From assembly GCF_964355755.1 (NCBI RefSeq), contig NC_092680.1, positions 17,493,045 through 17,557,044 on the forward strand: DNA of 64,000 bases, read 5' to 3'. The DNA comes from Antedon mediterranea (Eukaryota > Animalia > Echinodermata). Below, piece by piece: positions 1 through 12,999 of the stretch; position 1 is the stretch's first letter; every line of letters starts with the position of its first letter. Both the position numbers and the translations under genes were made by a program. A model generated the notes under the pieces. That model saw only the letters and a list, made by a program, of their open reading frames with translations, was not told the DNA's origin and ran no database searches.

Positions 1-1057
1 ACTAAATAGCGGAAGCATGTTATCCACCATTTATGTTTTTATTCAATCATCTGTGTACTAATTTATAATCAACCAATAAAAGACTCCTATTTTACAATAA
101 CGTCACTCTCTCTTAGTACAGTAATCAGTTTTAATAATACTCTAGTATTTCAAATGACCTACTTTCTGATTAATAATGGATTGATCTAAATGACTTACCA
201 ACCAATCATTTGATGATTTGATTTGAGTTTTCTAGTTCCATTCTGGTAATGATATCCGAGTTTTCTAGATCTAGAAAACTCAGATATATCTGAGATCTGA
301 GTTTTCTGGACACCCGGATTTTTTTAGCATAAAGACTACCGTACGTTACATATTATATCCATCGCCTCTGTGTTGCGTTGACACATCATATAGATTTTAT
401 ACAACTAGAACAACACAATAACACGACTAAAAAACAAGCCACTATGAATATGGACCACCAAATACCACTGCATCAAATCAATAAAAAGATCAACAAGTTA
501 TGTTTATATTTTGGTTTATTAAGAAACCTTTGTTATGTAACAATATCACTTTCAGCTTCGCACAGTATAATTTATCAACTAATTTAATTTGTAAGCTAAA
601 ATCTCGAACACGCATCAACGTTACAACTTGTATAATTAATGCTTTTATATTTCTAATTGATATTTCAATAGCTCAAGTATAGTTTTAAAAATTTCTAGTA
701 CACCAATTGTGGTCATTTTGACATTCCATTATAATGGTTGCGAACAATTGTATAACAAACGTATACAAACTCTTTATTTGTAATAAATTAAAATGATCAA
801 TATGCTCCTGTGAAAGTGTCAAACATTCAATTTAAACACAATAACAATCTGTAATTGGGAGATCGACAAAAAGTCAGTAAATCCGCAAATTTGTCAATTT
901 TCAAAAATGTATAGTCTTCTTGTGCACGTTGGGCAGGAGAGTACTGTATAATGTCGGCAACATTGATAAAAATAACATTACATGGCGTTATATAACTCGG
1001 TCATGGCTCATAAGTCTATTGTAAATGTCCTATATTTTTCTATATCTTCTAATTGAG

Positions 1058-1567
1058 TTATTTCCATAAAGTGTTACAGATGATTTTGGATGTGATATTT
1101 GGGAAATTTGTTTCAAACTGGGAACCACCTCTTTTCAATTCCAGAAAACGTGATATCGATGGTAATTTATCGACTGTGTTTTGTAGAATAGATATAGGCC
1201 TACGCCACTGGCTCTTACTAGTTCTCTCCCTTTCTTCATCACGACGAATTTGTTCTCTTGCTTTTTCAATAAGCCGGATAAGATCTTCTATCTGGTAAAA
1301 ATCTGCTTCAATCGATAAAATATCCCACTCTTTAAATCCGTCAGGAAGAATAAGTTTTGATCTTCGCAGAAAATTCAAAACGTGTCGGAATGTAGGCCCA
1401 TCTCCGTCAATAATGTAGCGGTTACACTGATCAACTTTAGAAGGAAGACGACCACTGAACATAGCACCCAGCATAGAATCTGGATAACGAGTTAAGGTTG
1501 ATCGATTTGTGGAGTAAAAACAACCACCAACATTTAGCTCCAAAACATCGTCTTCATGTAAATCCAT
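1058..1567 (-). CDS. KCTD-family BTB/POZ (T1-type) domain protein, 169 aa, single coding exon
   Basis: VLELNVGGCFYSTNRSTLTRYPDSMLGAMFSG...YIIDGDGPTFRHVLNFLR...EADFYQIEDLI is a canonical KCTD BTB domain, followed by a charged helix and a short C-terminus. Exact paralog not assignable. Confidence 0.85.
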   Translation of the reverse strand: MDLHEDDVLELNVGGCFYSTNRSTLTRYPDSMLGAMFSGRLPSKVDQCNRYIIDGDGPTFRHVLNFLRRSKLILPDGFKEWDILSIEADFYQIEDLIRLIEKAREQIRRDEERERTSKSQWRRPISILQNTVDKLPSISRFLELKRGGSQFETNFPNITSKIICNTLWK

Positions 1568-2461
1568 ATCTATAATCTACGACTTACAAAGAGCACTAGA
1601 TCTTCTTCCTTCCAGTAGTTTATTTGTTTGTAGTCATTTGTGACAATTTGTGCTCCAAATGTTTTAAGCAAATTGATTGAATTAGGATAAATATGATATT
1701 ATATAACTGAGAATACGTTGTTGACATTCAGCACGTTGTTGACATACCGCTATCTCGATCACACCATCAATAGTAAAGTTTATCTTATGTATTCAATATC
1801 AATAAGATACCTGAAATATAATAACCGGATTGGATGAGATGAACGGTCGTGTAAACACAAGTTTATCTAGGTTGGTGTACCAGTCGATTCTCATATTAGT
1901 ATCAGTTGTTGTGACATGGCATGAATTTACGTAAGGTTACTATATACGGGCGTGCATGCCGCATGTGAGTATTTAGTTTATATACAACCAGTCTTAGAGC
2001 TAAAATTAAAAATAAAAGAAAGATAAAATGTATTCCCCTGGATCTGTGACTAATCCCGCAAAATGATTTTTTTTCGTACATAGGTTGAGGACCCTATGTG
2101 AAAGATAGCCGAAATATAACTAAACCTAACTCTAAATAATCTCTCTCTCACTATAAAGTAAAAGAAGTAGCTCATGGGAGTCGAACCCCATACACAGACG
2201 GCTCGACAGAAAGCATTTGCATTAGCAAATTGTAGTTAGCTCAACTCTTACGTCAAACTTTATGGATATGACTATGTTCATCTAAACCTGCCCTTTTAAC
2301 ATTGAAATACGCATAGGTATGTCCTGGACATTACTTTTCGTACATAAGTTAGGGACCCCTCGTAAAAACGTCACAAAATAAACATGAATATTCATTAGTC
2401 CAATAACTAGGCCTCTACTCATCTACTTTTAATGAGTTGCTTCGATTTTATTCCGTAGTGG

Positions 2462-2502
<41 letters not shown>
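2462..2502. repeat. (CAT)n microsatellite
   Basis: ~13 perfect trinucleotide units; explains the poly-D in ORF 2419-2715. Confidence 0.95.
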
Positions 2503-3298
2503 TAATCGTCTTTTATTTGTAAATTTTAAAAAATGATTCAGGCTAGATGAAATAAATGTATACATATTCCAGTTTAATTCAGGTTTCGTATCATAATATT
2601 TACATTTCAAAAATTTAACCAAAATTTGTATAAAATGATTTATTATTTGATTTAAACCCCCCCCCCCCCCCACCCACACGCCTACAGAAACAATAAACGG
2701 TTGTTTTTCATTCATAGTTTGTGTACCGAAATGACCAAAACAGATCTTCCGGTTTTTTCACACAACCTTTCGCTAATGTAACACGTTCTTGCTGCCCTTG
2801 ATTGTTCACCATTCTGTAAAGTTTCCTATCATGTGCATACTGAAAAGAAAACAGTTTTTATTTAGAAGTTTGCAATGTTACAGGTCAAAGTAGTACTACA
2901 AATAAAAATACACATGCTATTAAACAATGAGATATACCTACTTCTTTTGATTGTTCTTCATTCAGATTGTTATAATGTTCAACCATTAGGCCTACTAATA
3001 ATCTCGGATCCAATTTTTGATTCCATATCACCGTACTTGACAAAAACAAAAGTTAGAAGTGACCGCTCGTCGACGCATCACGCGTTTTTTTTTCCTTTTT
3101 CGGTCATGGCCTTTCAAACTTGCCGTGAATAACATTCTTCCACTCGTCCAACAAAGCGTTACAATCGACACTGGGATTTCCAAATGTTCTCTCAGTCTGT
3201 ATATTTAATCTGCAAGAAGGAAACAAAAATCTTACTACCATGCAAAGTACTGGATTGTACAACTTTGTAGTACCGTAACTGTAGGAGGAAACTCCCTT

Positions 3299-3490
3299 AA
3301 ATGAAGAAAAGCTCGACATGAAGGAAAAGCTTGAAATGAAGGAAAAGCTTGAAATGAAGGAAAAGCTTGAAATGAAGGAAAAGCTTGAAATGAAGGAAAA
3401 GCTTGAAATGAAGGAAAAGCTTGAAATGAAGGAAAGGCTTGAAATGAAGGAAAGGCTTGAAATGAAGGAAAGGCTTGAAATGAAGAAAAA
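3299..3490. repeat. 18-bp tandem repeat (ATGAAGGAAA(A/G)GCTTGAA), ~10 copies
   Basis: Direct reading; gives the FLHFK(L/P) repeats in ORF 3297-3542. Confidence 0.95.
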
Positions 3491-3865
3491 ATAATCCCAC
3501 CTTGTTAAACGAATGTATTTCCAGATATTGAATCAAATCCACAACGCATTATCTGGCCCGGAAGCTTCTGCCCGGATTACAACCTGTTTTACTTATCTTG
3601 AGGTCGAATACACTAGTCTTACTGCTTTTATCTTCAACTGAAACTACGCTAAAGATAATTTTAATTTACACGGAGGATAATTTGCATTAAATAGTTGGAT
3701 AGTTTTGGATAATATTTATACATCCACCCACACATCGCTAGTCTTCATCTCCTCATCTGCCAAGATGCACTACTTAATTATTGATGTTTAAATGCCAAGG
3801 AGGACAAATATGATTTGTTACTGGAATTTGTTAGTTAAAAAAAAAAATGTATTGTTATTGTATAG

Positions 3866-4057
3866 ATGGATATTTCATACATACCAACAGCAATGCTAGA
3901 GGTGGTAGTCAAGATCCTCGATTACACCACGTGTAGAAGGTTTATACTGATGGCTGTTCCAGATTCCACTCTGTGGTATCTATTAAAGATAGCCAATGAA
4001 GAAATGGAGGAATTCAATTGGGAGCTGGCGATAGACCATCCGTATCCACAGTCATAA
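3866..4057 (+). CDS. Small F-box-like ORF/exon of the Polinton-like region (copy 1, 63 aa)
   Basis: MDISYIPTAMLEVVVKILDY resembles the F-box LPxE-hydrophobic pattern and is preceded by a tatag acceptor. Homologs at ~5649, ~14228, 20670 and ~25920. Confidence 0.4.
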   Translation: MDISYIPTAMLEVVVKILDYTTCRRFILMAVPDSTLWYLLKIANEEMEEFNWELAIDHPYPQS

Positions 4058-4492
4058 TCCCTGGTTATCGATGAAGATGTATCCCCTTACTGCGGTTGAA
4101 GTTTTTTATTTATTTATTTTTTTAAAATATAAATCCAGGCTATTATTATTATGTATTATAGTCTATTTTGTCAATATATTTTGGGGATGTTTTTTTGCTC
4201 ACATTTGTTTCTAGTTGACGGTGATGTTGGGTCAGGGTTACTAGAGGATTTTGTTTTTAACGACCAGGACTTTGATTTGTCAGTCAGCCAAAGTGTTTCT
4301 GAAGCCGATAGCTTCTCACATATGGATATTTGTAATAATGCCATAGAGATAGTGCCGGATCTATCGGAAAGTTTACATATTGCTAACTCAAACGATTGAA
4401 CAATGGTACGATTTGCTCCAGCAAACGAAGCGAAGTGATAGATGATAAAAATTAATTCAATTTACTCATAAGTACCTCTATAGAAATTATTA

Positions 4493-5100
4493 ATGGGTAC
4501 TGATCATGTCTTGGATGTTAACAAACCGTTAACCATATTTGTAACGGACGAAACAGATACACAAATTCCAGTAATTAAACTCAATCAAGAAGTCGGAAAT
4601 CCCGATGATATCGAAGAAGACGGAAACGCCGAGGATATCGAAGAAGACGTATACCCCGATGATATCGAAGACGGAAACACAGATGATATCGAAGATGAAG
4701 ATATTGAAGCCATGCTTCGAGCTGATACACCAATTGACACAGTAGATCACCCAATAATCGAACCGGGGCAGGCTATAAGTGATGACTGGTGGGATAGGGT
4801 ATTTTTTTATTCTGAGGCACAGCTAACATCAGAAGTGGATATAACAGAATGGCGGATTTATATAGAAGGCGTTTCAGACATTTTTGTGAGAAGTTCGTTA
4901 ATGAAATAGCAAAGCTATCTGTAGCACATTGCTATGGCTGTGTGTTTGATCCACCAGGGCAGAAGGATGAAATAGCAAAGCTATCTGTAGCACATTGCTA
5001 TGGATATGTGTTTGATCGACCAGGGTAGAAGGACCACGACCTTTGTTGTATGGCAACTCAAGAGGAACTTGTAGATAGATTTTAAGAAGAAATATAAACC
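4493..5100 (+). pseudogene. Acidic accessory ORF with CxGC-x8-H-x2-C putative Zn-binding motif, frameshifted
   Basis: Acidic ORF 4493-4909 continues after a frameshift as NEIAKLSVAHCYGCVFD.PGQKD...HDLCCMATQEELVDRF. Related remnant (YCLGCLYDR...DHNIC) at ~19140-19350. Confidence 0.5.
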
Positions 5101-6100
5101 TGGATGTTTGGTCCATGTATTGTAAAGCAGATAGACGGTATTCAAGCGAGAATTAATGCTTGTGAGGAAGCGATTCAGGCCATTCTGAATCTTTCCAATA
5201 TTTCTGTAGATTTGGAGAAAGAAGATGTTTAACCTAATTATTTTTTCTTTGTTGGAGATTAATTAATCTATTGACTGTATTGTTTTTCAAGTGGTTTTTG
5301 TATAATATATTTTCTACTTTTCTGCGTTCCTGTTTTCTAATATGTAAGTACTAATGTCTCGGTATAGTATATTTTTTATTTAGTAATTACTTCTTATTGA
5401 GTCGTACTGTCATGTAAAAGGCATTTATTTATCGTTTTTCCTCAGTTTTTTTAATTATTTTTCGTTGTCTCTATTTCTCTCTCTAGATCCATTTGGCTCG
5501 TTTTTTGAATTTCTAATTTGTTTGGTTGTTTATACTCTAATGCGAGTTTCTTTTTTCGGTTTATTTTTTATTTCGTTATTTTAGAGTAGCTCTCAACTTT
5601 TTTTATTTTTTTTTCCAAGTAATTTATTGTTATTGTATCGTTGTATAGATGGATATTTCATACATTCCTACAACTATGTTAGAAGAGGAAATGGAGGAAT
5701 ATAACTGGGAGCTTGCTTGCTGAGTTTGCAATGTTTTTGCGTCTTACCGATCATAAATGCCTGCAATGATTTCTGCGTTCATATTTTTAAACATTATGAG
5801 TACAAAGAAAATGTTATATGCATTTTACATAACTTCCAGGGATTTCATTTTTCAATATTTACATACAAAAAAACTTATTGTCTAAATGTTAAACAGCAAC
5901 GACGAAGAATGTCAACATCGCTGGCGCAATAGACATCTATTTTTAAGCGTGACATCAACAACGGACCCAAAATTCGCGGGTGTTGATTCTTTTTCCAATA
6001 ATCTCATGATCACTGCGTCCGCGTTCTATAAAGTTATTTTGAAAATAGTAATATATGATATTTAGTCTCATATAAAAAATTGTAACATTTTGTATTACAG

Positions 6101-7500
6101 TACGGTATTTTGAATATAAGTAATAATGAAGGGGAAGAAACACTTCAATTAGAGAACGACATGGCAGTTGAAGGAATTTGCCGCATTGCAAGAAACAAAA
6201 GAGGTGATTTAGACAAAGAAGAAAATGATAGAATTAAAACAAGGAGTTAAAAGATTTTACGAAGATATCATTGACGATGTAGAAACCGAAGAAGATATGA
6301 TTGAATTTAATTATGAAGGAGTAGGAAAATACCGTAAAGTAATGGTAAGTTCTTTTTTTAAACATTTTTTTTTTGTAAGTAGTATAATTATGTAAGATAT
6401 ATTGTTCTTAGTCTGTCTGTTTTATTCATATTTTAGCACGGTAAGAGAAGAGGAGAGAAAAGATATTACGAGAATAATGAAGAAGATAATAATGATTTCG
6501 ACGAGGAATTAGTGCAGCATGGAGCAGGAAATTTTCGTAAACAAATGGTAAGCTTGTACGGATTTTTTCTTCTTTACTTATAGATCCTTTATTTATTTTT
6601 TTCAATGATAAAATATAATATAAATGGAGTAAATTGTTATTTTTCTTGTATTTTAGCCTGATAAGAGACCACGCATTGATTAAGAGAATTCGGAAGAGGA
6701 AGAGGATGAGCGTAACATAAGGGATGTAAAGGTTGAAGATCTGTGTATTATAAGGAGACTTAGAGATAAGTTCAACAAACGTTTTAATTATTTTCAAGTG
6801 TGATCACTTAGTCACTTTAGTAGGGTTAGACCAATTTCGTGTTATTGATGTTTTACCTTTATTAGTTAGGATATTTGAACATGTGCTGAATACATTATGC
6901 CAAAATGTTCAGCCACATGATAGAGTTACAGTAGGCTTGTTATTAACGCTAACGGTTTAGATATATACCGATTTCCTTACCATTTTTATTAAGAGAACAT
7001 CTAACGCCAGAATTCATTCTAGCTGAGATTACTAAAGTCCTTCTATCGCACATGGATATTTTAGTGGGGGATGGGTTAACCTTTAACATTCAACACATAT
7101 CCATGCCATTTGGAGGCGGTAGTTCATTTAAAAAAAAAGGTATTGATAAAATAAAAAAAGGTGCGCAATGTTTAATTAGAATTCGTAATGAAAACGACGA
7201 GCAAATTTGCTGCGCGATAGCTACTGTCACAGGTGTTTCAAGGTTAGGTTGGAAGATAAATTAAATAATAGAAAGCGATGGGATAATATTAGACGGGGTT
7301 TTAATTTACAAAAAGAAGCGGCTGAAAGTCTTTTGTCGACGGCTGGGGTAGATAAGGGTCTTTGTGGGATAACCCAGCTTAAGCGTTTTCAGTAACTATC
7401 ATTTCATGTAATGAATGTAATCGTTCTTTTAAGAATCACAAATGTTTTAACAATCACAAATCTTCAACAAATGGTAAAAAAACAGTTTGTGATATCAAAA
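6101..7500 (+). pseudogene. pPolB N-terminal region, family B, with spliced acidic exons (6101-6344, 6437-6547, 6657-)
   Basis: GT-AG introns; downstream RIFEHVL...HISMPFGGG...ICCA.A.VTG aligns with the family A ORF at 9050-9650. Second copy at ~15820-16340. Confidence 0.7.
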
Positions 7501-7504
7501 GACT

Positions 7505-8047
7505 TCCTTGCTTTCATGAAAGAGAAGCCAGTGTTATTATTATTATTGGACAATGCAGGACCCACACTTGTCAATAGAAACCCTTGACTTTGCCAAGGAA
7601 AATGGTATTGTCATGCTTTCCTTTCCATCCCACACGAGTCACAAACTCCAGTCACAAACTCCAGCCACTGGATAGAAGCGTTTATAGTCCATTTAAGACC
7701 TACTTGCGGTCTGCACAGGATTCATGGATGAAGACTCATCCCGGTGAAAGAATGACCATTATGACATCCCAGGTGTGGTAAAAGGGGCACTCTCTAAGGC
7801 AAATACGCCTATAAACATAACAAATGGGTTCCGCAAGTGTGGAATATTTCCATTTAACCGAGACATCTTTGAGGATTTCGAATTTGCACCTGCTGACACG
7901 ACTGATCAACCAGAAGCAGAAAATGAGCCCGTGGCAGAAAACGAGCCTGTAGCAGAAAATGAGCCATTGGCAGAAAACGAGCCAGTAGCAGAAAATGAGC
8001 CAGTGTCGGAAGATGATTTTGAAATTCCACCACCTATCGCTTACTAA
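7505..8047 (+). pseudogene. pogo/Tigger-like DDE_1 transposase fragment
   Basis: PVLLLLDN..THLSIETLDFAKENGIVMLSFPSHTSHKLQPLDRSVYSPFK...NITNGFRKCGIFPFN; frameshifted; ends in an AENEPV repeat. Confidence 0.85.
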
Positions 8048-8309
8048 ACATACTAAAGTTTAATGTGTAACGTCATGATGTTAGTTTCACTATTTTTCAT
8101 GATTTTTGTTTTCCAATGTTTAGTTTTATTTTCATTTAAATTGGTTACGTTTACGAAAAGATTTCATGCATAAATTATTTTAGTGTGTATAAATATATGG
8201 GTAAATTTATAGTGAACTCATCAGTACCAGCTTACAACGCACTAAACTCACTTCCACATTCTTGATTAAGAGAATTTTAGTACAGTTTTTTACTGATTTT
8301 TGTTTAACA

Positions 8310-10730
8310 ATGGCTCATTACGAATCATCATCATCATCTTCCGATTCTAACGATAGCTTGTTTATCGAATGTCAGAGAGCAGTAGAAGCTATCGTTAGTT
8401 TATCGCGAAACAATATCGAAAATATCGATACCGACGATGTTATCCCCGATGTTGGACTACTAGAAGATTTCGTATTTAATGACCAGGATCTTGATTTAGA
8501 TGTTAGCCAGAGTGTTTCTGAAGCCGATAGCCTCTCACTTTCGGATATTTGTAATAACGCTATTGAGATAGTGCAGGAGCTATCGGCTAATTTGCGTATT
8601 GATGACATAGAAGTAAGTGTTTGTTTATTTTATTTTTTTACGTAATATTTATTTTACCGTGTATAATTCTAAAAAAGTAGATTGTAATTGGGGGCATTTA
8701 CAAAGTGTTTCTGCGTTTACGGTTTATATACGTTTTCCTTTCTAATTTATCTAATTATTTTTATTTCTGTATAGTACGGTGTTGGTGCTCACACCAAATG
8801 TTTGAGTTTGAGAGGAAATGTCGAGATTAATGATTCAGCGGAGTCTTCGATTATTGAGGTAACTATCGTTTTATTTTCTTTACTACTGTTGTTGTTGTTG
8901 TTGTTGTTGTTGTCGTACAACGTCTTTTATTTCTTTTTTCTTTACCGTTTTTCTCTTTTTGTTTTCAGCCTGTACCCATACAGTACGGAAGGGGCGTTAA
9001 TAGAAAGAGGCTCAGAATCGAAGACGGGGAAGAAGAAGTTGAATCACTTCTGTAGAATCGTTCAAGTAGCTGATAGGTATAATCAACGTTTTAACGCGAC
9101 TATTAGCGATTTTTTAGTAAATTTTTTTAATATTGATCATATAAGTTTAGAGGTGTTTCTGCCCACACTGTATCGAATTTTCGAGCATGTCGTCGATAAT
9201 CTCTGCGTTAACGTGCATGTCGACGACATGCTTCGAATAGTCATACAGGCTGAGGGGTTAGATTCACCTATCTCTATCCCTTTTGGACGGAGGGGCCATC
9301 TTACGGCTGACGTTATTTTTGCAGCCATTATGAAGGTCCTTCAGTCCAAAACGGATATTTTTATTAATAAAAAGTTTAAATTTAACGTTCTTCACATGAG
9401 AATGCCTAGGGGTGGGGGCTATAGAAGAAACGGTATCGACATATTGTTAAATGCTAAATGTATAATTAAGATTAAGAATGATGATAACGAAACTATCTGC
9501 TGCGCACGCGCTATTGTTACGGGTATTTCTATGCTCGAAGATAAAATTAACAACGTGGCTAGATGGTGGAATAACATTAGGCAAGGTAGGGGTCAGCAAA
9601 AAATAGCCGCCCTTCATTTACTTAGAGATTCGGGGGTTAGGGAGCAGACTTGCGGCATCGAGGAAATAAAAAAGATGCAATCAAAATTACCAAATCACCA
9701 AATTATTGTCATTTCAAAAGACAATTTAAATTCTGTCATTTTTAGCGGCGATTATAGAAAGAAGCAGATATATCTTTATCATCATTCTAATCATTACGAT
9801 CTCATAACCACAATAACAGGTTTTCTAAAATTTAAATATTTCTGCGATAGATGTCATAAGGGGTATAATCACAAATACCAACACAATTGTCAATTTACGT
9901 GCGTGCTGTGTAAGCACAACGACTGCCCCTCTTCTAATTCTTTTGAAAATAGAGAGAGTAGAATTGAATGTAAAGAATGTAATAGATTTTTTAAGGATAA
10001 GCAATGTTTCACCAATCATAAAAAAATCTCCTTATTCTAAAGTTTCAGTATGTGGCAAAATTAAAAATTGTTCAACTTGTAATAGGATCGTTCAAAAAGA
10101 TCACAATTGTCAAAACCGCTTTTGTAGAATTTGTAGGACTTTCGTTTCATACGATCATCAATGCTACATGGAACCGGTTGTAGCCCCTAAGCATACTGAA
10201 AGAAAGTTTAAGAATCAGGAGACCCGTAACAGAGCTGTCACCAAATATTTCTTTTTTTGATTTCGAATGCACGCAAGATACAGGCGAACACAAACCAAAT
10301 TTATGCGTTCTTCAAAAAACTTGTCTTAATTGTATCGACGGCGCTAATGATTCCGCCGATTGTGACGTGTGTGGGGATAAAACAGTGGTTTTTCACGGGG
10401 GGTCTGCATGCGAAGATTTCTGCAATTACGTATTCAAAGATTACAAATTTAACGAAAATATTACGTGTATCGCTCACAACTTCCAGGGTTATGATAGCTA
10501 CTTCGTGCTCAACTACCTGTACGAAAACTCCATTGTACCGGATGTAATTGCTCGCGGTGGTAAACTTATTTCGATTAGGACTAAAGACACGAGCATTCGA
10601 TTCATCGATTCCCTTTCATTTCTGCCCATGCCTCTATCCTAATTGCCCAAAACTTTTGGCATCTCCGAACTTAAAAAGGGTTACTTTCCTCATTATTTTA
10701 ATTCTTTAGAAAACCAAAATTACGTAGGTG
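8310..10730 (+). pseudogene. pPolB family A, 5' half: spliced exons 8310-8612, 8775-8858, 8969-; Cys-rich region, ExoI and ExoII
   Basis: ATG at 8310 and phase-0 GT-AG introns; ORF 8802-10040 has IYLYHHSNHYDLITTITGF..YFCDRC and CxxC pairs; then FFFDFECTQ, HNFQGYD and KKGYFPH, with frameshifts and stops. Confidence 0.85.
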
Positions 10731-11785
10731 GATATTTGCAATAATGCCATAGAGATAGTGCAGGATCTATCGGATAGTTTACGTATTGATCACGTAGAAG
10801 TAAGTGTTTGTTTAATTTATTTTTTTTACGTAATATTTATTTTACGTGTATAATTCTTAAAAGTAGATTGTGTAACCGAACGTGTGTTTACAGCGTTTTA
10901 CGGCTTCTTTGTGTTTCTTTCTAATTTATTTATTTATTTTTCAATTTTTTTTCCGTGTATAACTCATAAAGTAGTAGTTTATGTAATTGAGTATTTACAA
11001 AGTGTTTCTGCGTTTACGGTTTCTATGCGTTTTCCTTTCTAATTTATCTATTTGTATTTTTTTTCCTGTAGTACGGCGTTGGTGCTCACACCAAATGTTT
11101 AAGAATGAGGGAAAATATCGAGAATAGTAATTCAATGGAGTCTTCGGTTATTGAGGTAACTATCGTTTTATTTTCTTTACTGTTGTTATTGTACCACGTC
11201 TTTTATTTCTTTTTCTTTACCGTTTTACTCTTTTTGTTTTTAGCTGTACCCATACAATACGGAAGAGGTGATAATAATAAATTTAAATGTAACGTTCTCC
11301 ATATGAGAATGCCTAGGGGAGGGGGTATTAGAAGAAACGGTATCAACAAACTGCTTAACACTCAAAGTATAATTAAGATTAAGAATGATAACGAAACTAT
11401 CTGCTGAGCACGCGCTATTGTTACGGGTATTTCCATGCTCGAAGATAAAATTAACAACGTGGCTAGATGGAATAACGTTAGGCAAGGTAGGGCTCAGCAA
11501 AAAATAGCCGCCCTTCATTTACTTAGAGATTCGGGGGTTATTATCGGAAGAAGCAGATAACAACTGTTACAGGATTTCTAAAAATTGATTATTTTTGTGA
11601 TAGATGTCATAAGGGGTATAATAACAAGTATTCTCACAGTTGTCAATTCACGTGCGTGTTGTGTAAGCACAACGACTGCCCCTCTTCTAATTCTTTTGTA
11701 AATAGAGAGAGTAGAATAGAGTGTAAAGAATGCAATCGATTTTTTAAGGATAAGTAATGTTTCACCAATCATAAAAAAATCTCCT
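10731..11785 (+). pseudogene. Internally deleted second copy of the pPolB family A 5' region
   Basis: Near-identical to pieces of 8540-10040 and 14925-15810, with internal deletions. Confidence 0.8.
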
Positions 11786-11789
11786 GATT

Positions 11790-12185
11790 CCAAAAAAGTT
11801 TTATCCTGATAATGGACGGGCATGGTTCTCATGTACAGTCTATTGAGGCCATTGAATTTGCAGTGGCTTATGACATAATGGTTTGCTTACCACCACACAC
11901 CACCAAATACTTGCAGCCACTTGACAGGACCCTTTTCAAGCCAATGAAGTCGTATTATCAAGCAGCTACCAACAACTGGAAACCATCAAGGAAGAGGTAT
12001 TACAAAATACCAATTCCCAGCCCTTTTCTACAATACATGGGGAAAACCAGAAATCGGGGGAAGATTGGTTTTGTTTAGCAAGAGCAATGAATTTGAACCG
12101 GAACAATGTTTCAAACTTTTTTGACAAACTGTTTGCAGTTATGGACAGGCACAAATTTGCTCCAAATGATATATGGCAACAACAG
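11790..12185 (+). pseudogene. Second pogo-like DDE_1 transposase fragment(s), in non-native order
   Basis: IMDGHGSH..IEFA..MVCLPPHTTKYLQPLDRTLFKPMK, followed by the normally upstream segment ARAMNLNRNNVSNFFDKL...FAPNDIW. Confidence 0.8.
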
Positions 12186-12999
12186 TGCAACCTAAATATT
12201 AACAAAAAAGTAAACGTTGCAATTGCTGCCTTCACCACGGCTACAGCTAGGTTGAAGTTAGGTAGAACTATTAGAAAAATTACAGGCTCGTGTAGTTTAT
12301 TACTAATAAAACTAACTCTGATGAGTGGCAACCATCGCTTGGTGAATATTTGGGTGAACTAACAAACGAAATAGATCCTAAAAACGGCAAATATATTTCT
12401 TGCTTCGTTTCGGTGGCCCAAAAAAGTATGTATATAAATTAGATTCAGGCAAAACTGTTTCAACAATTCAAAAGAAGTCAATGTTGAAACAGTAGTAGCC
12501 TTTGCCTTATCGGTGTAATCATGGGTTGGCTTGTAGAAATTCATTATTCATTATGGTACGATTTGCTGGAACAAGCGGAAGTGAAAATTAAATTAATTTA
12601 CTCATAAGACTGAATACATTATTAAGAATACAGACTTACTAAATTCTGAAGAAGAAGAAGATAATGATTCGGTTTCCCATCCTAATTCTCAAGCGAGAAT
12701 TAATGATTGTGAGGAAGAGATTCAGGCCATTCTGAATCGGATTCCTTCCAATAACAAACTGAATAACTAACTAAACCTGGATGTTTGGTCCATGTATTGT
12801 AAAGCAGCTAGCCGGTATTCCGGTAAACTATCAACAGTGTTATTCGATAGACATTCATTTTACACAGTTTTAAATATATTTACCTCTGATAGAGATCTCA
12901 GAAACAAGATTTTACAATATATGTAAGCAGTATAGTATCTCGTTCAGTCCGATGAATAATTTTGGTTTGAATAATTATTTTGGTTATCATAATTAAAGG

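Noticed and set aside
250-310. Palindrome ATATC.GAGTTTTCTAGATCTAGAAAACTC.GATAT
   Set aside because: Real hairpin but isolated; probably a small transposon remnant with no further support
8802-8968. Hydrophobic poly-Leu signal/TM segment at the start of ORF 8802-10040
   Set aside because: It is the translated T-rich intron 8859-8968; the frame is joined to pPolB only because of a downstream deletion
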